Source: an uncultured Candidatus Binatia bacterium (GTDB taxonomy: Bacteria; Desulfobacterota; Binatia; UBA9968; JAJDTQ01). Taken from it: a stretch of DNA of 64,000 nucleotides. The notes beneath the pieces were generated by a model that ran no database searches, was not told the DNA's origin, and saw only the letters and a program-made list of their open reading frames with translations. Below are positions 9,194 through 18,786 of this stretch, piece by piece (within the stretch, counting starts at the first letter, position 1; every line of letters begins with the position of its first letter). The position numbers and the translations under genes are program-made. Location of the stretch: positions 3,136,001-3,200,000 of the forward strand of contig OZ219754.1 of the NCBI GenBank assembly GCA_964291295.2, written 5' to 3'.

Positions 9194-10009
9194 TCACCCG
9201 CGCCGGGACCGGACACGGCCAGGAACCTGGAAGACCTTCCCGTCCTCGAGACGCAGGGCCGTCAGCGGACCGCCCCAGACACAGCCGCTGTCGAGGCACA
9301 CGGTGCCGTTCTCGCGGTGGAGTCCCAGGGCTGCCCAGTGGCCGTAGAGAAGCGTTTCGTCCATGCGCCCGCGGCGCAGGGCGAACCAGGGACGGTACCC
9401 GGCGGGTGCGTCCGCCGGCACCCCCGAGAACGACAACGCCATGCGGCCGTCGGACGTGCAACAGCGCAGGCGCGTGAACACGCCGAGGATGCAATTCCAG
9501 CGCGCCGGTCCGGTCAGGTCTGTGGTCCATGCGGCGACCGAGTGAACGGTCTGTCGCCGCAGGAAGTCCCTGAAGTCGGGGCCGCGCATCCGCGACTCCA
9601 CTTCCCGCGCCAGTCCCACCGCCTCCGGGACGCTCCACTGCGGCAACACACCCGCGTGGGAAAGGACGTAGCCGTGCTCGCGGTGGATCAGCGGAAGACG
9701 GCGCAGCCAGTCCACGAGGGCGTCCCGGTCCGGGGCGCCCAGGACGTCGTCCAGACTGTCCCGCGGCCTGGCGAAGGAGATGGCTTCAGCGCGGCAAATG
9801 AGGTGGAGGTCATGGTTGCCGAGGACCGCGACCCCGCGGGACCCCAGCCCCTTGACGAAGCGCAGGACGGAGAGGGAGTCCGGTCCGCGGTTCACCAGAT
9901 CGCCGGCGAACCACAGCCGGTCGGCGGCCGGGTCGAAGCCGACGGCGTCCAGCAACCGCCGGAGGGCGTCGTAACAGCCCTGTATGTCGCCGATGGCGTA
10001 CGTGGCCAC
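9194..10009 (-). CDS. apaH: Symmetrical bis(5'-nucleosyl)-tetraphosphatase ApaH
   Basis: YAIGDIQGC, GDLVNRGPDSL, LGNHDLH, HAG, GHWAALG, LDSGCVWGG. Confidence 0.95.
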   Translation of the reverse strand: MATYAIGDIQGCYDALRRLLDAVGFDPAADRLWFAGDLVNRGPDSLSVLRFVKGLGSRGVAVLGNHDLHLICRAEAISFARPRDSLDDVLGAPDRDALVDWLRRLPLIHREHGYVLSHAGVLPQWSVPEAVGLAREVESRMRGPDFRDFLRRQTVHSVAAWTTDLTGPARWNCILGVFTRLRCCTSDGRMALSFSGVPADAPAGYRPWFALRRGRMDETLLYGHWAALGLHRENGTVCLDSGCVWGGPLTALRLEDGKVFQVPGRVRSRRG

Positions 10010-10149
10010 GATCTACGCCCGGATCCGCGAGGCGGGCCTTCCGTCACGGCGTTCTCCTCGTTCCCTGCGGCTGTCCCGCGCCTCCTGGCCACGCCTGCGG
10101 GCGCCGCAGGCCGGTGCGATGACGGCGTGCCGGCACTTCGAAGAGACCC

Positions 10150-10554
10150 CTATTCGTGCCCCTCCAGGTAGGTGATCAGGGTGAGGAAGGCCCCCTGCGG
10201 ATCCTGGATGACGCAGAACCGGCCGACGCCCGGGATGTCTTTCAGCGGCACGACGACTTCGCCTCCGAGTTCCCGGGCCTTCCCGGCCGCCGCCTCCACG
10301 TCGTCGACGGTCACATACGCGCCCCAGTTGGGTGGCATTCCCTGGGCCTGGGGCGGTATCGCCATGATTCCGCCGACCTCGGTCCCATCCACCTTCACGA
10401 CGTTGTATTCAAGGTCCTGGTTGTCTTCGAAGCACTCGTGGACCACCGTCTCCGTGGTCCACCCCAGGAGTTCGGAATAGAACCTCTTGGCCCCCTCCAC
10501 GTCCGTGGTCAACAGTTCACACCAACTGAAAGCTCCATGCTTCATGGCATTCAT
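10150..10554 (-). CDS. VOC family protein
   Basis: GAFSWCELLTTD..AKRFY, WGAYVTVDDV, DIPGVGRF..IQDPQGA. Confidence 0.88.
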   Translation of the reverse strand: MNAMKHGAFSWCELLTTDVEGAKRFYSELLGWTTETVVHECFEDNQDLEYNVVKVDGTEVGGIMAIPPQAQGMPPNWGAYVTVDDVEAAAGKARELGGEVVVPLKDIPGVGRFCVIQDPQGAFLTLITYLEGHE

Positions 10555-10873
10555 GAACGACCCCCTTTCTTTCCCCGCACCGGGTGGTCTGTGGCACGCC
10601 GCCTGGCTGCGCCAGCCATCATATCACGTCCGTTGCCGGCGGCAACCGTCGTGCTGCCGAGCGGGACTGGATGCGCCCGCCGCTTCGCGACAGACTGTGC
10701 GCCCGTCCCACGGGCGTGTTCGGAGGCGTTTCGTGCCGGAGTTCCGGCCCGGGCGGCGTGCCTCCCGCCGCCGCGGGTGCGCATGCAAGGCACGGAAGCC
10801 TTCCGCGTCGACGGCCCCTTCAGGTCCCCCGCGTCCGGGAGGCGGCCGGCATGCGCAAGACACGCGCACCCGT

Positions 10874-12924
10874 CTACTCATGGCGCAGCGCTTCGATGGG
10901 GTTGAGCCGGGCGGCCCGGTTGGCGGGCTGGAAACCGAAGAACACGCCGATGACCGCCGCAAAGACGAAGGCCAGCAGGATGGAGCCGGCGGAGATGACG
11001 ATCTGCCAATCACCCATGTAGGAAAGGCCCAGGGAGGCCGCGGCGCCGGCGGCGATGCCCGTGATGCCACCCAGGAGGCTCAGCACCAGGGACTCGGTGA
11101 GAAACTGCCGGCGGATGTCCCGTCGTCTCGCTCCCACCGCCAGCCGCACGCCGATCTCCCGGGTACGTTCGGTCACCGATACCAGCATGATGTTCATGAT
11201 GCCGATACCGCCCACCAGAAGCGCCACGCCGGCGATGCCCGCGAGCAGGTAGCCCAGGGTGCTGGCGGCCTCGCTGGCCGCCTCGACGATGTCGGTACGG
11301 TTGCGGACCCGGAAGTCGTCCAGCTTGGTGCCGGTGATCTTGTGGCGAATCCTCAACAGCGCGGTGACCGCGTCCTGCACGTCCGAGGTGGCCTCCTTGC
11401 TCTCGGCGCTCACCTCGACGCCCCGAACGTGCCGGATGCCGAGCAGCTTTCGCTGGGCCGTCCGCAGCGGCACCAGGACCACGTCGTCGAGGTCGCCGGC
11501 GAACGACGAGGTGCCCCGCTCCTTCAGCACCCCCACCACCTCGAACGGAATGTGCTTGAGCCGGATGGTCTGACCGATGGGATAGTCGTCGCCGAATAGC
11601 TCCTTGACGACGGTCTGCCCGATGAGGGCCACCTTGCGGTTGAGCCGCATGTCCTCTTCCGTGAAGCTGTATCCCGACTCCACTCCCCAGTTCATGATCT
11701 GGAGATAGTCCGGAGTGGTACCCGTGAAGGCCGGATGCCAGTTCCTGTTGCCGTAGACCACCTGGGCCGAGCCCCGGACATGGGGAGCCACCCGGACCAC
11801 CCCCGGCACCTCCGCCAGAATGGCCCGGGCGTCCGCTTCGGTGAGGGTGGTGATGCGGGCACCGCGCACACGACGCCCGCCGCGGGTCACCGCGCCGGCA
11901 TGGACCGAGATGCGGTTGCTGCCCAGGCGCTCCATCTGCTTGGCCACCCTGGCCTTGGCCCCTTCCCCCAAGGCGACCATGGCGATGACCGCGCCGACGC
12001 CGATGATGACCCCCAGCATGGTCAATGCGGACCGGAGCTTGTTCACCCGTATGGCTCGCAGCGCGATGCGAACGTTGGCCCGGATATCGGCCCCCAGACG
12101 CTTCCTGCGGCGGCGGGGGCCGTCGCTGCCATCGCCGCCGCCGGCAGCATGGCCGTCCCCGGCTCCGGCACCCGCGCCGGTCACGGTGCCGGCCACCGCG
12201 AAAGACGAGCCGGGTGCGGCGGCTTCCGCCATGCTCCCGGCCTCCTCCCGCTCCACCCGGCCGTCCTTGAAATGAACGACGCGCTGCCCGTGGGAGGCCA
12301 CCGCGGGATCATGGGTGACGAAAACGACAGTGATGCCCCGCTCCCGGTTGAGGGTCTTGAACAATCGATGATCTCGGCGCCGGTGCGGGTATCGAGATTG
12401 CCGGTGGGTTCGTCGGCCAGGATGATGCGGGGGTCGTTGAGCAGCGCCCGGGCGATGGCGACCCGCTGCTGCTGGCCGCCCGACAACTGCGTGGGCCGGT
12501 GCGCCGCCCGGTCACCGAGTCCCACCAGATCCAGCATCGCCCGCGCCTTGCGTCGGCCCGCCGCCGGCGGTACGCCGTTGTAGAGGGACGGCAACTCGGC
12601 GTTCTCCAACGAGGTGGTGCGGGCCAGGAGGTTGTAGTTCTGGAAGACGAAGCCGATCTCGTGGTTGCGCAGGGCGGCCATCTCGTCGGATGACAGCTCG
12701 CCGACATCCCTACCGTTCAGGAGATACCGGCCCGAGGTCGGCCGGTCCAGAAAACCCAGGAGGTTCATCAGGGTGGACTTGCCGGAGCCCGAAGGCCCCA
12801 TGAGGGCCACCATCTCGCCCGCGAGAATCCGCAGAGAGACGCGCTTCAGCGCTTCCACCTTCTGCTCGCCAAGATCGTAGACCTTGGTGACCTCTTCCAC
12901 TTCGATGACGGGCGGGCGGTCCAC
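10874..12924 (-). CDS. macB: MacB-like ABC transporter, fused ATPase and permease (apparent 1-nt frameshift near 12364)
   Basis: [17 protein letters not shown] and [11 protein letters not shown] in one frame; [13 protein letters not shown] and [21 protein letters not shown] in the next; adding one T in GAT(T)TG TTC joins them. Confidence 0.85.
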
Positions 12925-12939
12925 GTGAATGGCGTCCTG

Positions 12940-14370
12940 TCAGAGGCCCCCGAGAATCCGCGAGCGCACGCGCGCGGTCGTGGTGGTGGCCCGTTTCATG
13001 GCCTCGGAGCGAATCCCCACGATGACCGGGTCGTCGGTCCGGAGACCCGAGACGATCTCCATGTTCCGGGCGTCGGTGGCGCCGAAACGGATGCGCTCCC
13101 GGACGGGCTTGCCGTCCCGGTAGACCCACACGGCCCCCCGCCCTTCCAGCAGCCTCCTGCGTCTTTGCTCGGCGCTGGGCCGCTGACCACGGCGCGGTCC
13201 GGCACGCCCGGGCAGGTCGGGGTAGAGCTTGCGGATATCCCGTCCGTTGACCCTCAACGCCGCGCTGGGAACAATGAGGACGTCCTGCCGCCGGGCCAGG
13301 ATGATGGTGACATTGGCGGTCATGCCGGGCTTGAGGGCCAGATCCCGGTTGCGCACCCGGATCTCGGTGTCGTAGGTGACGACGTTGTCCTTGATGAGCG
13401 GCGACGGGAAGATGCGTACCACCTTGCCCCTGAAGGTTCGGCCGGGAAACGAATCCACCTGGAACTCCACGTCCTGATCGACCTCGACCTTGCCGATGTC
13501 CGCCTCATCCACCCAGGCGTCCACCTTCATTTCCGCCAGCTCGGCGATTGTCACCAGCGGCGGCGACGACAGGCTCGCCGCCACCGTCTGCCCCGCCTCC
13601 ACGGTCTTCTGGATCACCACGCCGGAGATGGGCGCCCGGATGACGCTGCGGTCGAGCCGCACCCGCGCCATCTCCAGCTCGGCTTCCGCCTGCTGCACGT
13701 CGGCGCGGATGCCGGCGATGACCGCCCGCTTCACCTTGATCTCGTCAACCCGGGCGGACTCTTCCTTGAAACGGGCCGCCGCCCGTTCGTACTCCGCCTT
13801 GACGGATTCGTACTGCTCGCTTGAGATCAGGTTCCGTCCGATGAGATCCTTGTTGCGGCGGTGCTTCTCTTCCAGATTCCGGAACGCCGCCCGGGCACCG
13901 TCGATGCTGGCCGCGACGCGGGACTGCAGCATCGTGACCCCGGCCAGCTCCCGGGCGAGATTGGCCCTGGCCTTGGCCACCTTGGCTTCCGCCTGAAGCA
14001 CCTGCGCCCGGAACAGGTCCTGATCCAGCCGCGCAATGACGTCTCCCTTCTCGACCCTGGCGGGTACGTCCACCGGGAGATCCTTGATGGTGCCCGAAAC
14101 CTGGGTGGAAACGGTGACCGACGACACCGGATTCACCGTACCCGTGGTGGTGATGCGCGAGAAGATTTCGCCCGTCTCGACCTTGGCGAGCCGGAACGGA
14201 AACACCGCTTTCTCTTCCGCCGGAAGAAACCGGCGCGTGAGCGACGAGAGCCCCTCCCGGACAGAGCCGGCATGGCTCTCCACCCTCGCCGGCGCGTACC
14301 AGAACAGACCCGCGCCGCCGGCTCCCAGGAGAACCACGACCAAGGCCATTGTCCACAAGAACCGCTTCAT
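12940..14370 (-). CDS. macA: MacA-like efflux periplasmic adaptor subunit
   Basis: N-terminal TM, TGTVNP..VSTQVSG, IRAPISGVV, GQTVAASLSSP, VDEADIG, LKPGMTANV; adjacent to macB. Confidence 0.85.
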   Translation of the reverse strand: MKRFLWTMALVVVLLGAGGAGLFWYAPARVESHAGSVREGLSSLTRRFLPAEEKAVFPFRLAKVETGEIFSRITTTGTVNPVSSVTVSTQVSGTIKDLPVDVPARVEKGDVIARLDQDLFRAQVLQAEAKVAKARANLARELAGVTMLQSRVAASIDGARAAFRNLEEKHRRNKDLIGRNLISSEQYESVKAEYERAAARFKEESARVDEIKVKRAVIAGIRADVQQAEAELEMARVRLDRSVIRAPISGVVIQKTVEAGQTVAASLSSPPLVTIAELAEMKVDAWVDEADIGKVEVDQDVEFQVDSFPGRTFRGKVVRIFPSPLIKDNVVTYDTEIRVRNRDLALKPGMTANVTIILARRQDVLIVPSAALRVNGRDIRKLYPDLPGRAGPRRGQRPSAEQRRRRLLEGRGAVWVYRDGKPVRERIRFGATDARNMEIVSGLRTDDPVIVGIRSEAMKRATTTTARVRSRILGGL

Positions 14371-14438
14371 TCGTTTTGCTCCGGTGCCGCCATGACGCTC
14401 GAACCCATCCCATTGGACTGCGGATGGTTCCGCGAAGT

Positions 14439-14470
14439 GTTGCCCGGGGGTTGCCCGGGGGTTGCCCGGG
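14439..14470. repeat. Tandem repeat (GTTGCCCGGGG)x3 in a divergent promoter region
   Basis: Three consecutive 11-bp units, the last one 1 nt short. Confidence 0.8.
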
Positions 14471-14630
14471 CGCCCGCGACCTTTCCACCGGAGCATTGTA
14501 CCGCCCAAGGCGGGCAGAAAGAAACCGTCCCCGCAAGGGCCTTGGACCGCATCTGCTCTCGCCACCCGCGGTGGAATCTGATAGAGCATGCGAACGCACT
14601 ACCGTCTTGCCGCTCGCGGAGGCAACGCCG

Positions 14631-15524
14631 ATGTTCAGCACACGTTACGACTACAGTCCTATCATCCACCGGCCGCGACTGGAGTGGCCGGGGGAAGCGC
14701 GGGTGGCGCTCTGGCTGGGTCCGAACATCGAGTGCTTTCATATCGACAAGAGCCTGCCGAGAGTCTCCGAGCCACTGCCGGACGTGCCGTCCTACGCGCT
14801 CAGGGACTACGGCTCGCGAGTGGGCGTGTTCCGCATGATGGAGGTGTTCGACCGCTACGACATGCGGGCGAGCGTGCTGCTAAACGCCGAGGTCTGCTCC
14901 CGGCACCCGGCCATCATCGAGGAGGGCAACAAGCGCTCCTGGGAGTGGCTGGGCCACGGCATGAACAACAACACGCGGCTCAACGCCTACGGTGCCAAGA
15001 AGCAACGCAAGGTCATCCGCAAGGTCCGCGACATCATCGCCCACGCCACCGGCAAGGCTCCCAGGGGATGGCTGGGACCGGGACTCTCGGAGACTTGGGA
15101 CACCCCGGACTTCCTGGCCGCGGCGGGTTTCGAGTACCTGTGCGACTGGGGCTGCGACGACCAGCCGGTGCCCATGCGGGTGAAGGCCGGCCGCATGGTC
15201 ACGGTGCCGTATCAGCAGGGAATCAACGACATCTCCCTGTTCGTTCACGCCAACCACACGCCGGCGGACTACTACAGGATCGTCTGCGACCAGTTCGACA
15301 CCCTCTACCGGGACGGCCGGAACGGCGGGCGGGTCATGTGCATCCCGCTGCATCCCTACGTGACCGCGATGCCCTTCCGCATCGGCGCCCTGGACCGCGC
15401 CCTGGAACATATCTGCTCTCACGAGGGCGTATGGAAGACCACCGCGGGCGAGATCGCGGACTGGTACTACCAGCACTACTACAAGGCTCCGGACAGGCTG
15501 GACGCCTGGACGCCGGAGGGATGA
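14631..15524 (+). CDS. Polysaccharide deacetylase family protein (PuuE/allantoinase-like), copy 1
   Basis: WPGEARVA, RDYGSRVGVFR, EWLGHG, PRGWLGPG, DDQP, LHPY; GGAGG RBS. Confidence 0.88.
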   Translation: MFSTRYDYSPIIHRPRLEWPGEARVALWLGPNIECFHIDKSLPRVSEPLPDVPSYALRDYGSRVGVFRMMEVFDRYDMRASVLLNAEVCSRHPAIIEEGNKRSWEWLGHGMNNNTRLNAYGAKKQRKVIRKVRDIIAHATGKAPRGWLGPGLSETWDTPDFLAAAGFEYLCDWGCDDQPVPMRVKAGRMVTVPYQQGINDISLFVHANHTPADYYRIVCDQFDTLYRDGRNGGRVMCIPLHPYVTAMPFRIGALDRALEHICSHEGVWKTTAGEIADWYYQHYYKAPDRLDAWTPEG

Positions 15525-15678
15525 GCCCTGGCCGGTCCGGCCCGGGAGGGAGGGTGCGGGGCATGGCGGAGTCGCGCCGCGGCCGCACGCCCTCCCCGCC
15601 GGCGGCGCGCATGACCGGAATGGGCATGGCTGCGGTAACCCGCCTGAGAGGCTCGACGGTCGAGCACCGGAGCACGAC

Positions 15679-16554
15679 ATGGAGAACCACCGCTACGACT
15701 ATCGACCCATCACGAAACGCCCCAGGCTCCGATGGCCCGGTGACGCCAGAATCGCCCTGTGGGTGTGCCCCAACATCGAATACTTCCACATCGATCAGCC
15801 CATCCCCAATTTCGGCATGTCCCGGGTGCCGGACGTGCGCGGCTACTCGCAACGCGACTACGGCGCACGGGTGGGCGTTTTCCGGATGATGGAGGTGCTG
15901 GACAAGCACGGCATCCGGGCCAGTGCCCCGTTGAACTCCGAGTGCTGCATCCACCAGGGGGAGATCATCGACGAGGGCCGCCGACGGGACTGGGAATGGC
16001 TCGGCCACGGCATCACCAACAACCTGCCCCTCACCGCCTATCCTGCCACGGAGGAGCGCTCGGTCATCCAGCAGGTCCGGGACGAGATCGCGGCGGCCAC
16101 CGGAAAGGCCCCCCGGGGCTGGCTCGGACCCGCCCTGGCCGAAACCTTCGACACCCCGGACCACCTGGCCGACGCGGGCTTCGACTACCTGTGCGACTGG
16201 GGCCTCGACGACCAACCCGTGCCCATGCGCGTGAAGACCGGGCGCATGATCGTGATGCCCTACGAGCAGGGCCTCAACGACATCAACTTCTTCCTGCGCT
16301 CCGACCACACGCCCCGGGAGTACTTCCGGCAGGTCTGCGACCAGTTCGACGTGCTCTACCGGGACGGCGAACGGAGCGGCACGGTGATGTGCCTTCCCCT
16401 GCATCCCTTCATCATCGGCGTCCCGCTCCGCATCCAGTACCTGGACCGCGCCCTGGAGTACATCCGCGCGCACGACGGCGTCTGGTTCGCCACCGGCGGC
16501 GAGATCGCGGACTGGTACTACGCGCACGGTCACGAAGACCCGGGCAGACCGTAG
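15679..16554 (+). CDS. Polysaccharide deacetylase family protein (PuuE/allantoinase-like), copy 2
   Basis: Same motifs: RDYGARVGVFR, EWLGHG, PRGWLGPA, DDQP, LHPF. Confidence 0.88.
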   Translation: MENHRYDYRPITKRPRLRWPGDARIALWVCPNIEYFHIDQPIPNFGMSRVPDVRGYSQRDYGARVGVFRMMEVLDKHGIRASAPLNSECCIHQGEIIDEGRRRDWEWLGHGITNNLPLTAYPATEERSVIQQVRDEIAAATGKAPRGWLGPALAETFDTPDHLADAGFDYLCDWGLDDQPVPMRVKTGRMIVMPYEQGLNDINFFLRSDHTPREYFRQVCDQFDVLYRDGERSGTVMCLPLHPFIIGVPLRIQYLDRALEYIRAHDGVWFATGGEIADWYYAHGHEDPGRP

Positions 16555-16619
16555 AACCGGACGCTCTCCCTGGCATCGTGGAAGATCGACGCCGAATTCC
16601 GGAGACCTCCCGAATTGCC

Positions 16620-17558
16620 ATGACACAGTCGTTCGAGATCATCCCGCAGGCGCCGTATTCGTTCGATCTCACCGTCGCGCGCTTCATGCGATTCACCAGC
16701 GAGGTCGTCGATCTGGTGGAGGGTGGCCGCTACCAGCGCCTGCTGACCGCCGGCCGCCAGCTGGCCCTGGCCACGGTCACGGACATCGGCACGACGGCGC
16801 GGCCGAGGCTCGCCGTCACGCTGGACAGCCCGTCCCGGACACCGCTGAAGCGGGCCGAGTTCGAGGCCCAGCTGCGGCACATCCTGTGCACCGACCTCGA
16901 TCTCGGGCCATTCTATCGGCTGGCACGCCGGGACGCGCTGCTGGCACCGATGGTGCGGCGGTTTCGCGGACTGCGCGTCGCCGCCAGCCCGACGCTGTTC
17001 GAAGCCCTGGTGACGGCCATCCTCTCCCAGCAGGTCCACCTCACCTTGGCGTACTCCATCAAGAAGGCGCTGGTGGAGAGCTTCGGCCGCAAGTGGCGGC
17101 GGCAGGGACGCACCTACCACGCGTTTCCCGAGATGCGCCGATTCGCCGCCCAGAGCCTGGAGGCCATGCGCGGCTTCCGGCTGAGCCAGGCCAAGGCGGG
17201 CGCACTGATCCGCCTCGGCCAGACGTTCGCCTCCGACGCGGGCTTTCGCGGGCTGGCGGCGCGGTCCGACGAACAGATCGTCGAGCGGCTGACCGGCATC
17301 AAGGGCATCGGCCGCTGGTCGGCGGAGATCGCGATGATGCGCGGACTGGCGCGCCCGGACGCCTTCCCGGCCGGCGACCTGGGAGTGGTCAAGTACGTGG
17401 CCCAGGGTCTGCTGGGAAAGAGCGGCAAGGCCACCGAGGCCGAAATGCGCGCTTTTGCCCAACGCTGGCGGCCGTATCGCGGGCTGGCCCTGGCCTACTG
17501 CTACGCCGAACTGGCAACACGCCGCGGCACCACCACCCCGAGCCTCGGCCGGGAATAG
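16620..17558 (+). CDS. alkA: DNA-3-methyladenine glycosylase II (AlkA/HhH-GPD family)
   Basis: FEALVTAILSQQV, helix-hairpin-helix LTGIKGIGRWSAE, FPAGDLG, WRPYR. Confidence 0.85.
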   Translation: MTQSFEIIPQAPYSFDLTVARFMRFTSEVVDLVEGGRYQRLLTAGRQLALATVTDIGTTARPRLAVTLDSPSRTPLKRAEFEAQLRHILCTDLDLGPFYRLARRDALLAPMVRRFRGLRVAASPTLFEALVTAILSQQVHLTLAYSIKKALVESFGRKWRRQGRTYHAFPEMRRFAAQSLEAMRGFRLSQAKAGALIRLGQTFASDAGFRGLAARSDEQIVERLTGIKGIGRWSAEIAMMRGLARPDAFPAGDLGVVKYVAQGLLGKSGKATEAEMRAFAQRWRPYRGLALAYCYAELATRRGTTTPSLGRE

Positions 17559-17583
17559 CCCGGAGAGCCTGACGGTCCGGCAC

Positions 17584-18732
17584 ATGCCGAATACACCCGT
17601 GACGCCACGGACCGCCGGCCAGACCCTGTCGATCATCGTGCCGACGTTCCGGGAGGCAGCCAACCTCCCCACCCTGGCGGACCGTATCCACCAGGTCCTG
17701 TCCGGCACCGGCATCGAATGGGAATTGCTGCTCGTGGACGACGATTCCGGCGATGGCAGCGGGGCCGTGGCCGCGGCGCTTGCGCAGCGCCTGCCCCTGC
17801 GCCGGGTGGTCCGCCGGGGCACGGTCCGGGACCTGTCCCTGGCCGTGATCGACGGCATCCGGCTGTGCCGGTTCGACCGCCTCGTGGTCATGGACGCGGA
17901 TCTGTCACATCCGCCCGAGCGCATCGTCGATCTGCTCGCCGCCCTGGACGCCGATTGCGACATGGTCATCGGCAGTCGCTACGCGCCCGGCGGCAGCCGC
18001 GACCGCTCCTGGAACCGTTACCGCGTGCTGATTTCGCGGCTTGGAACCTGGCTGGCGCGCCCCCTGGTGGACTGCGCCGACCCCATGTCCGGCTTCTTTG
18101 CCACCCGCCGCCGCACCCTTCCGGACCTCTCCACCTCGCGGCCCCTGGGTTACAAGATCGCGCTGGAGTTCATGGTGCGCGGCGACCTGCGCGTGCGCGA
18201 GATTCCCATCGACTTCCGCGACCGCAGCGTGGGCGCCAGCAAGATGAACTGGCGCCAGCAGGTCCGGTTCGCGCGGCACCTTTCGCGATTGTACAACTTC
18301 AAGTTCGGCAGCCGGGCCCGGGTTCCCTTCTTCAGCGCGGTGGGCGCCAGCGGCCTTGCCGTCGACCTCGCCGCCTGTCTCGCGCTTCAAGGGATCGGCG
18401 TGGAGCACCGGCTGGCGCGTTTCCTGTCCTTCTGGACAGCGGTGAACTGGAACTGGGCCCTGAACCGCGGCCTGACCTTCAGCGAACGGGTGCGCCAGCC
18501 CCGCCTGGGCCAGTGGGCGCGCTCCATGGCGGGCAGCCTCTTCGGCCTTGTCCTCAACGCCGGCACCTACGCGCTGTTGACGAGCACCCTGGCGTTCTTC
18601 GACCGCCACCGCCTGCTGGCGTTCTTCGGCGGCGTCGGCCTGGGGAGCCTCATCAACTTCCTGGTCGCCGACCTGTACGTCTACGGCCGGCACCCGGGGC
18701 GCCGGCCCGGATCATGGACGGAGGCCTCGTGA
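17584..18732 (+). CDS. GT2 polyprenol-monophosphomannose synthase-like glycosyltransferase with C-terminal GtrA-like membrane domain
   Basis: SIIVPTFRE, VDDDSGDG, VMDADLSHPPE, DPMSGFF, GYKIALE, then four TM segments. Confidence 0.88.
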   Translation: MPNTPVTPRTAGQTLSIIVPTFREAANLPTLADRIHQVLSGTGIEWELLLVDDDSGDGSGAVAAALAQRLPLRRVVRRGTVRDLSLAVIDGIRLCRFDRLVVMDADLSHPPERIVDLLAALDADCDMVIGSRYAPGGSRDRSWNRYRVLISRLGTWLARPLVDCADPMSGFFATRRRTLPDLSTSRPLGYKIALEFMVRGDLRVREIPIDFRDRSVGASKMNWRQQVRFARHLSRLYNFKFGSRARVPFFSAVGASGLAVDLAACLALQGIGVEHRLARFLSFWTAVNWNWALNRGLTFSERVRQPRLGQWARSMAGSLFGLVLNAGTYALLTSTLAFFDRHRLLAFFGGVGLGSLINFLVADLYVYGRHPGRRPGSWTEAS

Positions 18733-18786
18733 GCCCCGGCCGTTCCTCCCGCACCGGCGGGCACGTCACACCACCACCGCACCGCA

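Noticed and set aside
6423-9347. 974-aa plus-strand ORF and similar long alternative-frame ORFs (31928-34423, 29774-31894, 24425-26443, 4237-6078)
   Set aside because: Shadow ORFs of high-GC coding sequence overlapping well-supported genes; Arg/Pro/Gly-rich with no recognisable motifs
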